Source of the DNA: Planctomycetota bacterium
GTDB taxonomy: Bacteria > Planctomycetota > Brocadiia > JAADGH01
Assembly: GCA_040755855.1 (NCBI GenBank)
Contig: JBFMAD010000004.1
Coordinates: 128,001 to 192,000, forward strand
DNA: 64,000 bases
Direction of reading: 5' to 3'
In this document: positions 38,012 through 49,200 of the stretch, in pieces
Layout of the letters: each line of letters opens with the position of its first letter
Numbering within the stretch: the stretch's first letter is position 1
Position numbers and translations under genes: made by a program
The notes under the pieces: model-generated
What the model was told of the DNA's origin: nothing
Database searches by the model: none
Seen by the model: only the letters and a program-made list of their open reading frames with translations

Positions 38012-39037
38012 TCATTCCTCCGCCGGTGGGAGCCAGTCGTAGTCCCAATGGTGGCCGAGCCATCCCTCCGGCGTGAGCGTGAGCGTGGCGTTGTCCGCCA
38101 GCCGGACGACGCAGATCGGGCTATGCACCTTCCAGGTGCCGCCGTGGGGGATTCTTACAAACGCGATGTACCGCCCGCAGTGCGACCACCGACCGCACGG
38201 GTCCTGCCCGATCTTGTCCTTGGGCAGGGTGACGATCTCCCCGTCCGTGCCGGTCGGAAGGGACGGATCGAACTTCCGGACGCCGAGGCTGCCGCCGGCG
38301 TTCCAGCACATCCACTTGCCGTCGGGCGAGAAGGCCGGATGGCACTCGCCGCCGCCCTTGGGATGGTTCGGCAGCGTTCGTATCGGGCCGCCTTCCGACG
38401 ACATGAAGTCAATGGTGTACTTCTTGCCGAGGTAGTCTCGGATCTCGAAGATGAACCACTTGCCGTCGAAGGACAGGTCGGTGATGCCGAGGCGCCGCTC
38501 GACGGGGATCGGTTTGCTGTTCTCCCCCGTCGTCATGTCGGTGAAGAGGATGCCCCCTTTGTCGCAGTGGGCGGTTCGTTTGCTGTCCGGGGTCCAGACG
38601 TAACCGCCCCAGATGGGGTTCGGCCTTGCCGTCAGCGTGTCCACATCCACGATGTGGTCGCCGTGATTAAAAGTAAACATTTTCCCGTTCGGGGATGTTC
38701 GCGGGGCGCGCTCATCCTTGTCCGGGGTGTTTGTGAGCTGCTTGAGGCCCGAGCCATCTGCGTTGATGACATAGAGGTCGCGCGGCGGGTACTTCTTCTC
38801 GGCCTTCTTGTCCTTCTCAGGCTGCTCGACTTCCCCCGTGTCAGGGTGGATGGCGATGACGAGGCGATAGCCCGTCTGGCGGAGCTCCTCCTTGAGGTCC
38901 TCGATGCGCGCCGGCGCGAATGGCATGCAGGACGGGGGCATTTCCCACTTCTCCCGGATCGAGGTCGCCTCTTGCCCCGCACAGCGGCCTCCCAAAAAGG
39001 AGAGAACCACAAGCCACAGCCGCAGATGTGATCTCAT
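38012..39037 (-). CDS. TolB-like (PD40) beta-propeller protein
   Basis: DLYVINADGSGLKQLT, SPNGK, PAFSPDGKW. Confidence 0.8.
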   Translation of the reverse strand: MRSHLRLWLVVLSFLGGRCAGQEATSIREKWEMPPSCMPFAPARIEDLKEELRQTGYRLVIAIHPDTGEVEQPEKDKKAEKKYPPRDLYVINADGSGLKQLTNTPDKDERAPRTSPNGKMFTFNHGDHIVDVDTLTARPNPIWGGYVWTPDSKRTAHCDKGGILFTDMTTGENSKPIPVERRLGITDLSFDGKWFIFEIRDYLGKKYTIDFMSSEGGPIRTLPNHPKGGGECHPAFSPDGKWMCWNAGGSLGVRKFDPSLPTGTDGEIVTLPKDKIGQDPCGRWSHCGRYIAFVRIPHGGTWKVHSPICVVRLADNATLTLTPEGWLGHHWDYDWLPPAEE

Positions 39038-39272
39038 TTCAAACTCCCTTCTCTGCGCCAGCGTCTCTCCGACGCCATATGCGCCCCCGTCGCGCGAGTA
39101 TGGATGGTATTGCAGAACAGCGCCACGGTCAAGAAGAAAACGGCTCGAGAGGAACCAGGCATCCCCGGTCTAGTCTGTTATACCGCCGCCATCCCGCCGA
39201 TTGACATTTTTTGATCGGCCTGATAGGGTTGTTAGAGATTTGTCTGCTTCGATTTAGTTGTTGAGTGTGTCC

Positions 39273-40427
39273 ATGCGCAATCGAAACGTCCTCCTGATTG
39301 GAATTTCCATCTTCGCGCTCAATTTCGCCCTCGGCGTTCACATGAGCACGTGGATGAATTTTTTGAAGCAGGCCCTTGGCCTTCCGGTGGTATCCATCGG
39401 AATCATCGAGGGGATCCGCGAGGTGCCGGGCCTCATCTCCGTCCTGCTGGTTGCGGCGCTCGTCGTCCTTTCCCATCGGACCGCCGCAGGGGTATGCCTG
39501 ATTGTCTTCGCCGTCGGCATGGCGGGTTACTTCCTGGTGCAGGGCCTTCCGTCGCTGGTCATTGTCTCTATCCTGTGGAGCCTGGGGTTTCACGTCTGGC
39601 TGCCGTTCTCAAGCTCGATGGTCCTCGACACCGCCCCTCGGGGCCGCGAGGGGAGCCACGTGGGCGCCATGCAGTCGGTGGGCTACGGCGCCATGTTCGT
39701 CGGGTTGCTCATGGTCCTCGCCCTCGGCAAGCTGTGGCAGATGGGCATTCTACCGGTGGCGCCGTATCGGCCCGCGTATCTCTTCGCCGGGATTGTGGGC
39801 CTCGGCGGGGCAGTCGCATGTTTTGCAATCGAAAAGAATATCGGCAGGACGCCGCCGCGGCGGTTGCTCTGGAGACGGAAATATCGGCTCTATTACCTGC
39901 TCATGTTTCTGGAGGGCTGCCGGAAACAGATTTTTCTGACGCTGGCGACGCTCGTTCTCGTGAAGCGCTACGACGCTGAGGTGCAGCACATCGCGGCAAT
40001 GATGATCGTCTACAACTTCGCCAACTGGTTCGGCGCGCCGCTCCTGGGCCGGGCCATTGACCGCATCGGGGAGCGGCCGGTGATGACGTTCAACTACTCG
40101 GGACTGATCCTCGTGTTCTCCGGATACGCCCTGTTCCAGCAACGGTTCGCGCTCTACCTGCTCTACTGCATCGACAACCTGTTCAACATCTTCAACATGG
40201 CGTTGACAACGTATCTGAAGCGCATCGCCGAGCCGGCCGACATCGCCCCCTCGCTGGCGATGGGGGTGACGGCGAACCATCTGGCGTCCGTGATCGCACC
40301 CATCCTGGCCTGCCTGGCCTGGGAGCACATCGACTACCGAATCCCCTTTATCGTCGGCGCGGTCATCGCGTCATGCTCGCTGGTCTGCGCGCAGTGGGTT
40401 TGCGCCGCAGGCCAGCAGAAGACATAG
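39273..40427 (+). CDS. MFS transporter
   Basis: About 12 hydrophobic segments, IEGIREVPG, GRAIDRIGER; TTGACA at 39201 upstream. Confidence 0.88.
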   Translation: MRNRNVLLIGISIFALNFALGVHMSTWMNFLKQALGLPVVSIGIIEGIREVPGLISVLLVAALVVLSHRTAAGVCLIVFAVGMAGYFLVQGLPSLVIVSILWSLGFHVWLPFSSSMVLDTAPRGREGSHVGAMQSVGYGAMFVGLLMVLALGKLWQMGILPVAPYRPAYLFAGIVGLGGAVACFAIEKNIGRTPPRRLLWRRKYRLYYLLMFLEGCRKQIFLTLATLVLVKRYDAEVQHIAAMMIVYNFANWFGAPLLGRAIDRIGERPVMTFNYSGLILVFSGYALFQQRFALYLLYCIDNLFNIFNMALTTYLKRIAEPADIAPSLAMGVTANHLASVIAPILACLAWEHIDYRIPFIVGAVIASCSLVCAQWVCAAGQQKT

Positions 40428-40468
40428 TGAAGACGAGGGGGTCTCGTGCGCCTCCCCGGTCACGTCGG

Positions 40469-42040
40469 CTATCCATCCCCCGGAGGAGTAAGCCTGACTT
40501 CCACGCGGAGCACCTTGATCGGTTTGCCCCCAGATGCCGCGACCGCGATCTTATCCTTGTTCTCGCCCGGCAGCGCGTTCACGGGGATCGTGTACGTCAT
40601 CTCTCGGGTTCCACGCTCCAGCGCCTTCGTGTCGCGGAGCTGCCCCGCGACACCGTTCACGGTGACGGCGGGTTCCCCGCCATCTGCGCTCTTGGCCTCC
40701 ACTTCGATAATCGCGGCGGCCTGCCAATCGGCCGGCGGCTTTGGTCCCAGCGGCAGGGCGAACGTCAGCTCCCGACCGCTCGCCGGCAAGGGAGCTTGGT
40801 AAGTCTCGCCCGGGACCACGACGTCGCGATAGGTCACCCCGTGGCGGCGGGGTAGCTTGCAGGCTTCGTCCAATGACGAGAATGCCTTGAGTGTGCGCTG
40901 GTACTCCGGGATGGACCACGGCAGGCAGCGCTGGAAGTAATTGAAGAGATACACGATGTCCGCGCCGCCCGCAAGGACCGCGACAGCGGCGCCGGTCGCG
41001 TACTCCGGGTCCACCACACGCCTCGGCCCGGCGGGGTAGGGCTGGTAGTTTACGTCGAGCCCGCCCGCGAGGGTTACGCGGCCTCCCAGCAGCTCGCGCC
41101 ACTTGCCCATCGGCATGTCGAAATGCAGCGTCCCCCACCGGGGGGCTACGATCACCAGGTTCACCAGCCCCTCCTTGGCCCAGGTCGGTGCATCGAGCCC
41201 CAATCCAAGCGTGGTGTCCGGATCGAACGGGATGCGGACCCCGATCTGGATGGGGTGCTTCCGGTCGGCTGTCGCCTTGTTCACCAGTTGCCGAATCTCC
41301 CTCAGCCATTCGGTCAGGATCTTGGCCCCCGCCTGCTCCTCGCCCGCGCTGAACACGTACGGCTCGCGCATGAAGTCCAGCTCCAGCCCGTCGATGTCGT
41401 ATCGGTCGAGCGTCTCCACGATCAGGGCTTTGTATTGGTCCCGGACCTCGGGGTGGGCGTAGTCAAGGCAGCGGGCGTAGTAGCCCGGATGGCCCTTGCG
41501 GAAGCACTCCGGCTTGCGCCAGAAGTCGCCGTGGAACGGATGGTTCAGGTTGTCGTTGCAGTGCACGTCGTTCATCCGCAGCGAGATCCACGGCGAGATG
41601 CCGTTGTGGCGGCAGCGCTGAATCATGCGCCCGGGGTAGTCCACCCCTTGGTTGTGGTACCCCCATATCTTGTGGATGCGCTTCCGGCAGTGCTTGCGCT
41701 GATCCTCCGGCAGACCGGCGAGGAAGGGCTGATCGTCCGGGCCGTCCGGGTCGTAGCCGTCCCAGAACGACTGCCAGACTTTGCTGGTGTAGTTCGTTCG
41801 TCGCGCGTTGGTGTTGCAGAGTAGCGCGGTCACGCCGGCCCCGGCGAGGACATCGACGTAGCGGTCGGTCATCTCACCGGCCTTGCCCGGGGGGAATGTC
41901 TGGCTGTCGAAGAAGGAGGTGCAGTCCTCATTCTCCAGAAGTCCCGTCATTCGACCGGGTTTCTCATCGGCATTCGCCACCAGGGTCGCGACACACGCAA
42001 AGGACAAACAAATACTGAGGCTCAAGAAAATCTCCGTCAT
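40469..42040 (-). CDS. GHL10-like (family 10 glycosylhydrolase-like) secreted protein
   Basis: WISLRMNDVH, LDYAHPEVRD, YDIDGLELDFMR, VYLFNY. Confidence 0.75.
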   Translation of the reverse strand: MTEIFLSLSICLSFACVATLVANADEKPGRMTGLLENEDCTSFFDSQTFPPGKAGEMTDRYVDVLAGAGVTALLCNTNARRTNYTSKVWQSFWDGYDPDGPDDQPFLAGLPEDQRKHCRKRIHKIWGYHNQGVDYPGRMIQRCRHNGISPWISLRMNDVHCNDNLNHPFHGDFWRKPECFRKGHPGYYARCLDYAHPEVRDQYKALIVETLDRYDIDGLELDFMREPYVFSAGEEQAGAKILTEWLREIRQLVNKATADRKHPIQIGVRIPFDPDTTLGLGLDAPTWAKEGLVNLVIVAPRWGTLHFDMPMGKWRELLGGRVTLAGGLDVNYQPYPAGPRRVVDPEYATGAAVAVLAGGADIVYLFNYFQRCLPWSIPEYQRTLKAFSSLDEACKLPRRHGVTYRDVVVPGETYQAPLPASGRELTFALPLGPKPPADWQAAAIIEVEAKSADGGEPAVTVNGVAGQLRDTKALERGTREMTYTIPVNALPGENKDKIAVAASGGKPIKVLRVEVRLTPPGDG

Positions 42041-42065
42041 GACATCTCTCCTGATGTTTCTGGGA

Positions 42066-43127
42066 TTACCGGTACTTCCCATGCTCCGCCACCAGTTCCA
42101 TCGTGCGGCAGTACTGCTGGAAACTCACATTGTCGGGGACGGAATGGTCGGAGTGGTAGATGTAGCCGCCGCCCTGTTTCATCGCGGGGATCTTGCTGGA
42201 TATTTCCTCTTCGATGACCTTCGGGTCGGGATCGGCCATGGCGCGGACATCAATGCCGCCCATGAAAGCCAGGCGGTCGCCGTACTTCTTCTTGAGGCCG
42301 AGCATGTCGTTGCCCGCCTTCACCTCGAGCGGCTGGATGACGTCGAAGCCGGCGGCGATGAGGTCCGGGATCAGGTTCATCACGTAGCCGCAGGAGTGGA
42401 GGATCATCTTCTTCCCGCGCGCCTTGAAGCAGTCGCAGATGAGCTTGTGCGCCGGCAGAAGCTGGTCGCGATACATGGCGGGCGAAAAGAAGCTGCGGAG
42501 CTTGTGGCCCAGGTCGTCAAAGATCCAGCCCGCGTCGAGCTCGAACCCGCGCCCCATCATCTCCTCCGCGCAGGCGACGCAGAGCCGGGCCTCGGTCATG
42601 AACATGTCCTTCGTCCACTCCGGGTCCTCGACCATGGCGATCATCAGGTTCTCCGGCCCCACCATGTTGCAGATCGCCGTGAACCCCGGACCGAAGTTCA
42701 TGTAGCGGAAGAAGCCGCCGTCGGTGTACGTCTTGTGGGCCTGGAGCTGCTGCTCCCACTTGACGCGCGACTCGTTCCACGTCATGCGGCGCTTGTTCTC
42801 CTCCCAGAGCGCTTTCGTCGTGATGGTGAAGCCGACGAGTTCGGGGGTGGACATGGCGTCCTTCCAGTTCCGGCGGATCGCCCCGTTGCCGGTGGTGGTA
42901 ACGGTGTACTTGTCGGTATCCTCCTTTGTCTCCACGGGGAGTTGCATCGTGATGTCGGCGGAGTTCGCCCGGAACTCATAGCCGAAGTAGGACGTGGGTG
43001 ACTCCTTCTCCGGCAGGCCCTCCTTCCGCCAGCGCTCAATGGCAGTTCGCCACGGCGAGTCATGGACGGCGATGCGGTCGGCTTCCTTGTGCTCGATGGC
43101 GGCGAGAACTCGTTCGCGTGAGGTCAT
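42066..43127 (-). CDS. Uroporphyrinogen decarboxylase (UroD/MtaA-like) family protein
   Basis: MTSRERVLAAI, DDLG, ILHSCG, LAFMGGID, GGGYIYHSDHSVP. Confidence 0.9.
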   Translation of the reverse strand: MTSRERVLAAIEHKEADRIAVHDSPWRTAIERWRKEGLPEKESPTSYFGYEFRANSADITMQLPVETKEDTDKYTVTTTGNGAIRRNWKDAMSTPELVGFTITTKALWEENKRRMTWNESRVKWEQQLQAHKTYTDGGFFRYMNFGPGFTAICNMVGPENLMIAMVEDPEWTKDMFMTEARLCVACAEEMMGRGFELDAGWIFDDLGHKLRSFFSPAMYRDQLLPAHKLICDCFKARGKKMILHSCGYVMNLIPDLIAAGFDVIQPLEVKAGNDMLGLKKKYGDRLAFMGGIDVRAMADPDPKVIEEEISSKIPAMKQGGGYIYHSDHSVPDNVSFQQYCRTMELVAEHGKYR

Positions 43128-43163
43128 GGCTCGACTCCCTTATGGGTATGTGAATCTGATCTG

Positions 43164-43191
43164 ATTATAGACCCGCGGCAGCCTATGTCAA
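43164..43191 (-). promoter_or_regulatory. Consensus sigma70 promoter
   Basis: TTGACA-N16-TATAAT on the minus strand, 36 bp upstream of ATG 43127. Confidence 0.75.
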
Positions 43192-43219
43192 GCGGAGAAA
43201 CCACCAAGGGGGAGTGCAT

Positions 43220-43252
43220 AAGAAACGGGGCGACGCCGCGCGGCGTCGCCCC
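43220..43252 (-). terminator. Rho-independent terminator of the giant gene
   Basis: GGGGCGACGCCG-CG-CGGCGTCGCCCC hairpin followed by GTTTCTT on the minus strand, just after the stop at 43280. Confidence 0.75.
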
Positions 43253-43279
43253 CCATCACTGTTCAAGAATACGCGTCGC

Positions 43280-46200
43280 TTATACGTAGAACTGGAAGGC
43301 GTTCGCCGGGGTAACGGTGCCGCTTTCCGCGCCATCCACCGTCAAGGTGTTCCCAACCCCCGGGTTGTTCGCCGTGATCTGACCGGTCGCCATGAAGTTG
43401 CCCCAGATGCGCACATCGCCGAAGAGATTGGCGAGAAGGATGCCCGAGAGGTGGGTGCGGATTTGGATCTCGTTGCCGGCGTCTGCGTTGCCGTCAATGT
43501 TCACCCTCGTCAGAAGTGACCCGGTGATGTCGAGCGTCCCGCTCATGGCGCCGTCAATGTCAATCGCGCCCTCATAGGTGGCGTCGTTGCGCGTGCTCGC
43601 GATGTCGCCGAGGACATTGATTGCGCCCGTGCCCGCGATGCTCGTGACATCGTTCTCGATCTTGATGAAGGCGTTGTCCTCGATGTTGCCGGTTACCGTG
43701 ATCGTCCCAGCCAGGATGGAATTGGCGGAGCGCAGGAAGATGTACCCGTCGGAGACGCCTGGGTTGGTGCCGACGCTGCCGTTGACGGTGATGCTGCCGC
43801 CAGGCTCAATTCCATACATAGTAACCGCCTGCCGTCCATCAACGAGGATAGCGCCAAAGAGATTGCCGTTGACGGTTATGCTGCCCGTGGCGGTGATGTT
43901 CGCACCGTCGTAGTTCCCGGTGCCTACCCGGATCGCTTCTCCGCCGCCAAGGATGTCGCCGTTGACGGTAATGGAACCGGACAGGGGGCCGCGGTAGGTG
44001 CGGATTATGCCGCCGTTCTGGATGCCGACGGCCCCGTCGCCGACCGTAATCGTTCCGGTGATGCCGAGCGTTCCCATGGCGTAGATTCGGGCGGTGTTGG
44101 TAAACTGCCCGTCAATGGTAATCGTTCCCGAAATGGCGCAGATGTCGGCTGTTTCACTGTCGCCGGCCTGCATATAGCCGCCGAAGTTGCCGCCGACCCA
44201 CATGTTTACGGCAATGTTCGGGGTCGTCTCAAAGGTCCGTATGGTTCCGCGATTGTTGACATTTCCCGCGATATTGATGGTTGCGGCGTTCTGCCGGTAG
44301 CAGACGATGATTCCGTTCATGTCGCCACCGACGTTGAACGTAAAGGAATTTTGCATCTCGTAATAGGCCAGGAGACCGGCGTTCTCGCGGACAGAGCCGG
44401 CAATGTCCACTATCCCTCCGGCAAAGTTGAATCCCGCCCGGTTGTGGATGACGCCGATGAGGTCGGCGGATGCGCCCACGGGGCCGACGGTCGTCGTGAT
44501 GCTTCCGTTATAGACCCCATCCACAATCACGACCTGACCCAGTTCGCCCTCTACCTCGATGCGCTCGGTGCCGCCGCCGTTGAAGAACCGCAGGCGGACG
44601 GAATGCAGGGCGCTGTCCAGACCATCCGCGGGATCGTCGTCGAGGTCAATGAAGCCCGTGCCGGAGACCAGACGACCCTCGGCGAAGAGCGAGTTCATCG
44701 TAATGCCGGAACCGATGACCGAGGAGATGTTGCGGGCCGCATCGTCGAATCGCAACGCCTCGATGATCTCGCCCGTCCCGGCATAGAGATAGGAATAGGT
44801 CATCGCGCCGCCGTTGGCCGGGTCGGCGGTTACGGAAAGCGCGCCGTTGCCGAAGGCCTGGTTCCACGTAGCGCCCGCGGCGAGGGTTCCCTGGGCGTAG
44901 GTCAGGTCGGTGTTGTCGGCGCGGATTGTCCCGGTATTGACCCCGGTGATCCGGACGCCGCCGCCCCTGAATTCCTTGAAGGCCTCGATCCGGCCGGTGA
45001 AGCCGCCGTCCATCTCAATATCCGGGATGTAATAGCCCAGAATCAGGCCGGTCAGGTTGCCGCTGCTGCCCACGTCAATCTCGCAGTACTGGAAGCTGCC
45101 CTGCGGCACGCCGACCACCTCGTGGTCGCGCCCGAAGGAGCGGATGATGCCCGTCATGCCGCCCTCGGCGAAGTTCATCGAGCTGGTCCGCCCGAAGTTG
45201 GCATAGGTTTCCTCAGGATAGGGCTCGGACGCCGGCCACTCGTTCGTGTCGTACCCGTCGCCGACCGCGATGGCGCCCCGGAAGGTGTTGCGGAAGGTGA
45301 TGCCGGCGTTCATGCCGCCTTGGATAAACGGGGTCCAGCCGTAGTTATCGCGATACGGCGCGCGCAGGGAGCGAATCTCCGCCTGGTCGGTCGAGCCGCC
45401 ATAGACGTAGATCGTGTTCGCGAGGCCGATGCCCGACACGTCCACGGAGGTGTTCCTTGTCGCGCCCAGGATCTGGCCCTGGAAGGCGTCGGCGTAATAG
45501 GCGCCGTAGATGTAGAAGGCGGCGTACTCGAATCGCTCGCAAATCAGCCGCGCCGTATGGTCCATGTAGGCCTGCCCGGCCAGGGTGACCCCGTCTCTCC
45601 CGATATAGAGCGGAGTGTTGTAGTAGGACCCAGTGCCGCCGTCGTTGCGCGGGGCGTGGATGAAGACATCGCCATACATGATGCCCGTGCCGTCGTAGCC
45701 GATGCGCATCCCCGCCAGGCCCGTGGTAGATTCCAGCATCACTCGCCCGTCTGCGATATCGAAGAGCGATGTGGTGACCGTGGGCGCGCCGAAGTTGCCG
45801 TTAATCAAGAATGACGACCCGCGACGCGTGGCGGGCTCGGCGCCGGTGTAGTCCCTTCGATACACGTCCGTATTCTGACCGTTGACATCGAACAGGCCGA
45901 CCCAGTCGCCGAGGACGGTGATATCGCCCTGGAAATCGTTGTTGTTGTAAGGCGTGTAATCAATCTCCGCCCCTTCGGTAAAATTGCGCCCGATCGAGAT
46001 CGTGCTTCGCTCGTTCGCGTCGCCGATCAGCATCCGGGCGACGAGGTTGATATCACCCGTCAGGTCCTTGCCGATGGCGATTGTGCCGCCGCCCGCCACG
46101 GCCACATTGCCGTTCCCGTAGGTCCCGACCGTCAGGTCGCCCCACAGGGTGTTGAGGATGTTGACTGTCACGCCGTTCGGGATGGCTGGATTGCCGGTTA

Positions 46201-49200
46201 TCCGGACGTATCCGCCGAGATTATACATCGTTATGTTGCTTGCCAGGGCGGGGAACTGGACCGGGTTCAGCTGCGTGCCGGCGAGGCTCAGGCCGCCGGC
46301 GGCGTTCTGGCCGTCATAGGTGATGCCCGAGGTGCGGATCGTCTCCCAGTTCGGTCCAGTGATACTGCCGGCATACAACTCAAGAGTGGGTGATTCATAG
46401 GCCCAGGAATCGCCCGCGTTGTAGAAGCGCCCGTCGAGCGTCAGGCGGAACTCCGGCAGGCCCGCGAGGCCGCTCACAATGGGCGTGGTGAATATCCGCG
46501 TTCCCGCCGCCGCGTCATCGCCGATGATGAACGTATTCGCAGCGGTCAGGGCAGGCTGGTTGAGCGCCGTCGTGATCCGTCCGCCCATCACGCCTGTGCC
46601 GCCGAGGCCCTGCACGCGAACGCCGGCCGCGCCGGTGAAGTTGGCGATGCGGCCCGTGGAGTAGATCCAGCCGTCCGAGCCATTATCCACGTCGTAGACC
46701 AGATTGCCGCCGACGTCAATCAGACCGTTCATGGCGTTTGCGCCCAGATTGATCGTGCCCCAGACGTCGTTGGCGATCGTCAGCGTCTCTCCTGCGCCGA
46801 TCGGGTCGGTGATTGTCAGGTTGCCGACGTTCAGGATAATCGGGTTCGTCGCATCAAACGTGTTGATCGTGGCGCCGGCCACGCTCGCCAGGGGCGTGAG
46901 CGCGCCGTGCGTCGCGCCTGCATATGTCACGGCGTTGAGGATGGTGTTGAGCTCGCCCAGGGTCACCGGCGCGCTGATGGTCAGCGACGGCGACTCGAGC
47001 GCCCATCCGCCGCCGATGTTCCGCCCGTCGAGCGTCACGGAGGCCGCCACGGCCGGCCCGCCGCCGGCATAGTTGAACGTGCGCGTGCCGCCTACGCCAT
47101 CAACGCCCCACGTGAACGTCGTCGCAACGTTTAGAGGATTCATCGCGAGGGTGATCCGGCCGGGCAGCGCCCCGCCGCCGAGTCCCTGGATGCGGATGCC
47201 GGCCGCGCCGGTGTAATCGGCGATGGTCCCGCCGGCCTGGATGAAGGAGTAGTCCATCATTGTGTTCGTGATGTCAATGAGGCCGTTGATGGCCCCGCCG
47301 ACGGTGATGCTGCCCTTCAACGGCCACACCTGCGGATTGCCGAGCTTGTCATAGCCGTTGGCCACGTCCTTGCCGAGGTCGTAGGCGTAAATCGCGCCGG
47401 CCATGTTGCCGTTGACAACGATCTGGCCCGTGATATCCTCGCCTGAGATTGGGGCAGTTGTGCCGCCCGGCATAATGGCGCCGGAGGCCGTGATGTCGCC
47501 GTCAATCTCGATGCGGCCGCGAATCTCCTGGCCGGCCGCCGTCCAGATCTCGCCTGTCAGGTTGCCGCCGTTGATCGTGCGGATTGTGCCTTCGAGCATG
47601 CCCGACGTGATGCGCACCTCGCCCAGGTCGCCGTCAATCCTCACCGTGTAATCCGGGTGATCGAACTGGTCCAGTCGGAGGAAGTTCACATTGCCGTTCG
47701 TAATGTCGAGGCCGACGCCTGTGTTGCTGATCGTTCCGTCGCCGACCACGATGTCCGGGTTGGCCTTCACGCGGCCGTCAATCCGGATGGACTGGAAGTT
47801 GAGGTTGCTCGCCACAAAGCTGTCAATGTCGTCGCTCACATAGGCCGAGGCGACCGTCGCGCCGTTGTAGATGATGCCATAGCCCACATCGCGCACGCCG
47901 TCCCAGAAGACATAGACATTGTTGCCGGAGATGTTGACCACGTCGAATGGGTTCGGGTCCTCCGCCGTGCCGGTGATGTTGCGCCCGCCGTGGAGCTGGC
48001 CGCCGGCGTAGCTGTATCCCACGCCGCCGATGACGATGGTTACGTTCTGCGCGCCTCCGATCAGCAGGCCGGAATCGTAGAAACCGTTGGCCGCTGTAAC
48101 GATCGTGCTGCCTGCCAGCGTGTTGCCCTGAATATCGACCAGGCCGCCGGTGACCACGCCGCCGACGTTGAGCGTTCCACCCAGTTCCTCCAGCGACAAG
48201 ATGCCCGTCACGTCGCCGTTCGCGTTGAAATAATCCGTCGAGAGCGTTTCGCCCGCCGCGAGGATGCCGCCCGTCCAGCTCTCAAGCCAGCCCTGGACCT
48301 GGAAGGTGCCGAAGGTCTGGCCATCAGCATGGACGTTCCCGGCTGTGGTGATGCCGTTGCCGACGGCTGCGGTGATCTGGATCATCAGCTCGGAATCCGA
48401 CGTCGCGCCTGCATAAACGATGTCAACAAGGTCCTGGCCGAGGCCGGCAGCGACGAAATACAGCGTGACCGTGCCGGCGCCGCCTGCGGCATAGGTGACC
48501 TCGACCGTATCGCCGTCGCTGTCGGTGTAGGAGAAGGCCGGATCGCCCGGATTCAACACCGTCCCGGCGCCGGGGCCGAAGAGGGTGTTGTAATCGTTGT
48601 TTATCGTCCCGTCCGACTGGCGCCAGTAGGTCAACTGGGACTTGGTGGCGACGTCGCTGGTCAGCGTGGCCGCGTTGTTGTCGTCATAAGCGCGGAGCGT
48701 GCCCGTGCTGCTTGGATTCGGCGCAACAAACACATTCCCGAACATCTCTGCCGCCGCGTTGCCGATCTGGATGAGGCCGTCGAAGTCGCCGTTGATCCGC
48801 ATCTCGGCGCCGGCCGAGGCGTTGCCGTCCGCGATGATCGAGGCGCCCGGCGACATATTGTTCACCGAGATCGAGTATGCGCCCGGGCCGACGGGGGTCA
48901 GGATGTCGCCGCCGATGTCAATGACGCCCGCCGTGCGGCGGCTGGTGATGCTGCCGCCAATGGTGATCGTTCCGATCACGTCGTCGGGGATGTAGATGTA
49001 TGCGGTGGTGCCGATGCCGCCGGCAATCGAGATGCTGCCGACCACGTCTGCTACGGCGTCTCGAAGGTAAATGTACCTGTCCTGGCCGGTCAACTGGCCG
49101 CCGACTGTGATCGAACCGGTGGCCGTGATGCCGATGTCGCCATAGATGTTCAGGTAGCCGGCCAGGTCGCCGCCGATGGTGATGTCGCCGGCGAGGTCCG

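Noticed and set aside
33270..43127. Calling the two UroD-family genes hemE
   Set aside because: The motifs fit the expanded UroD/MtaA-like paralog family of unknown function, and no heme genes are adjacent.
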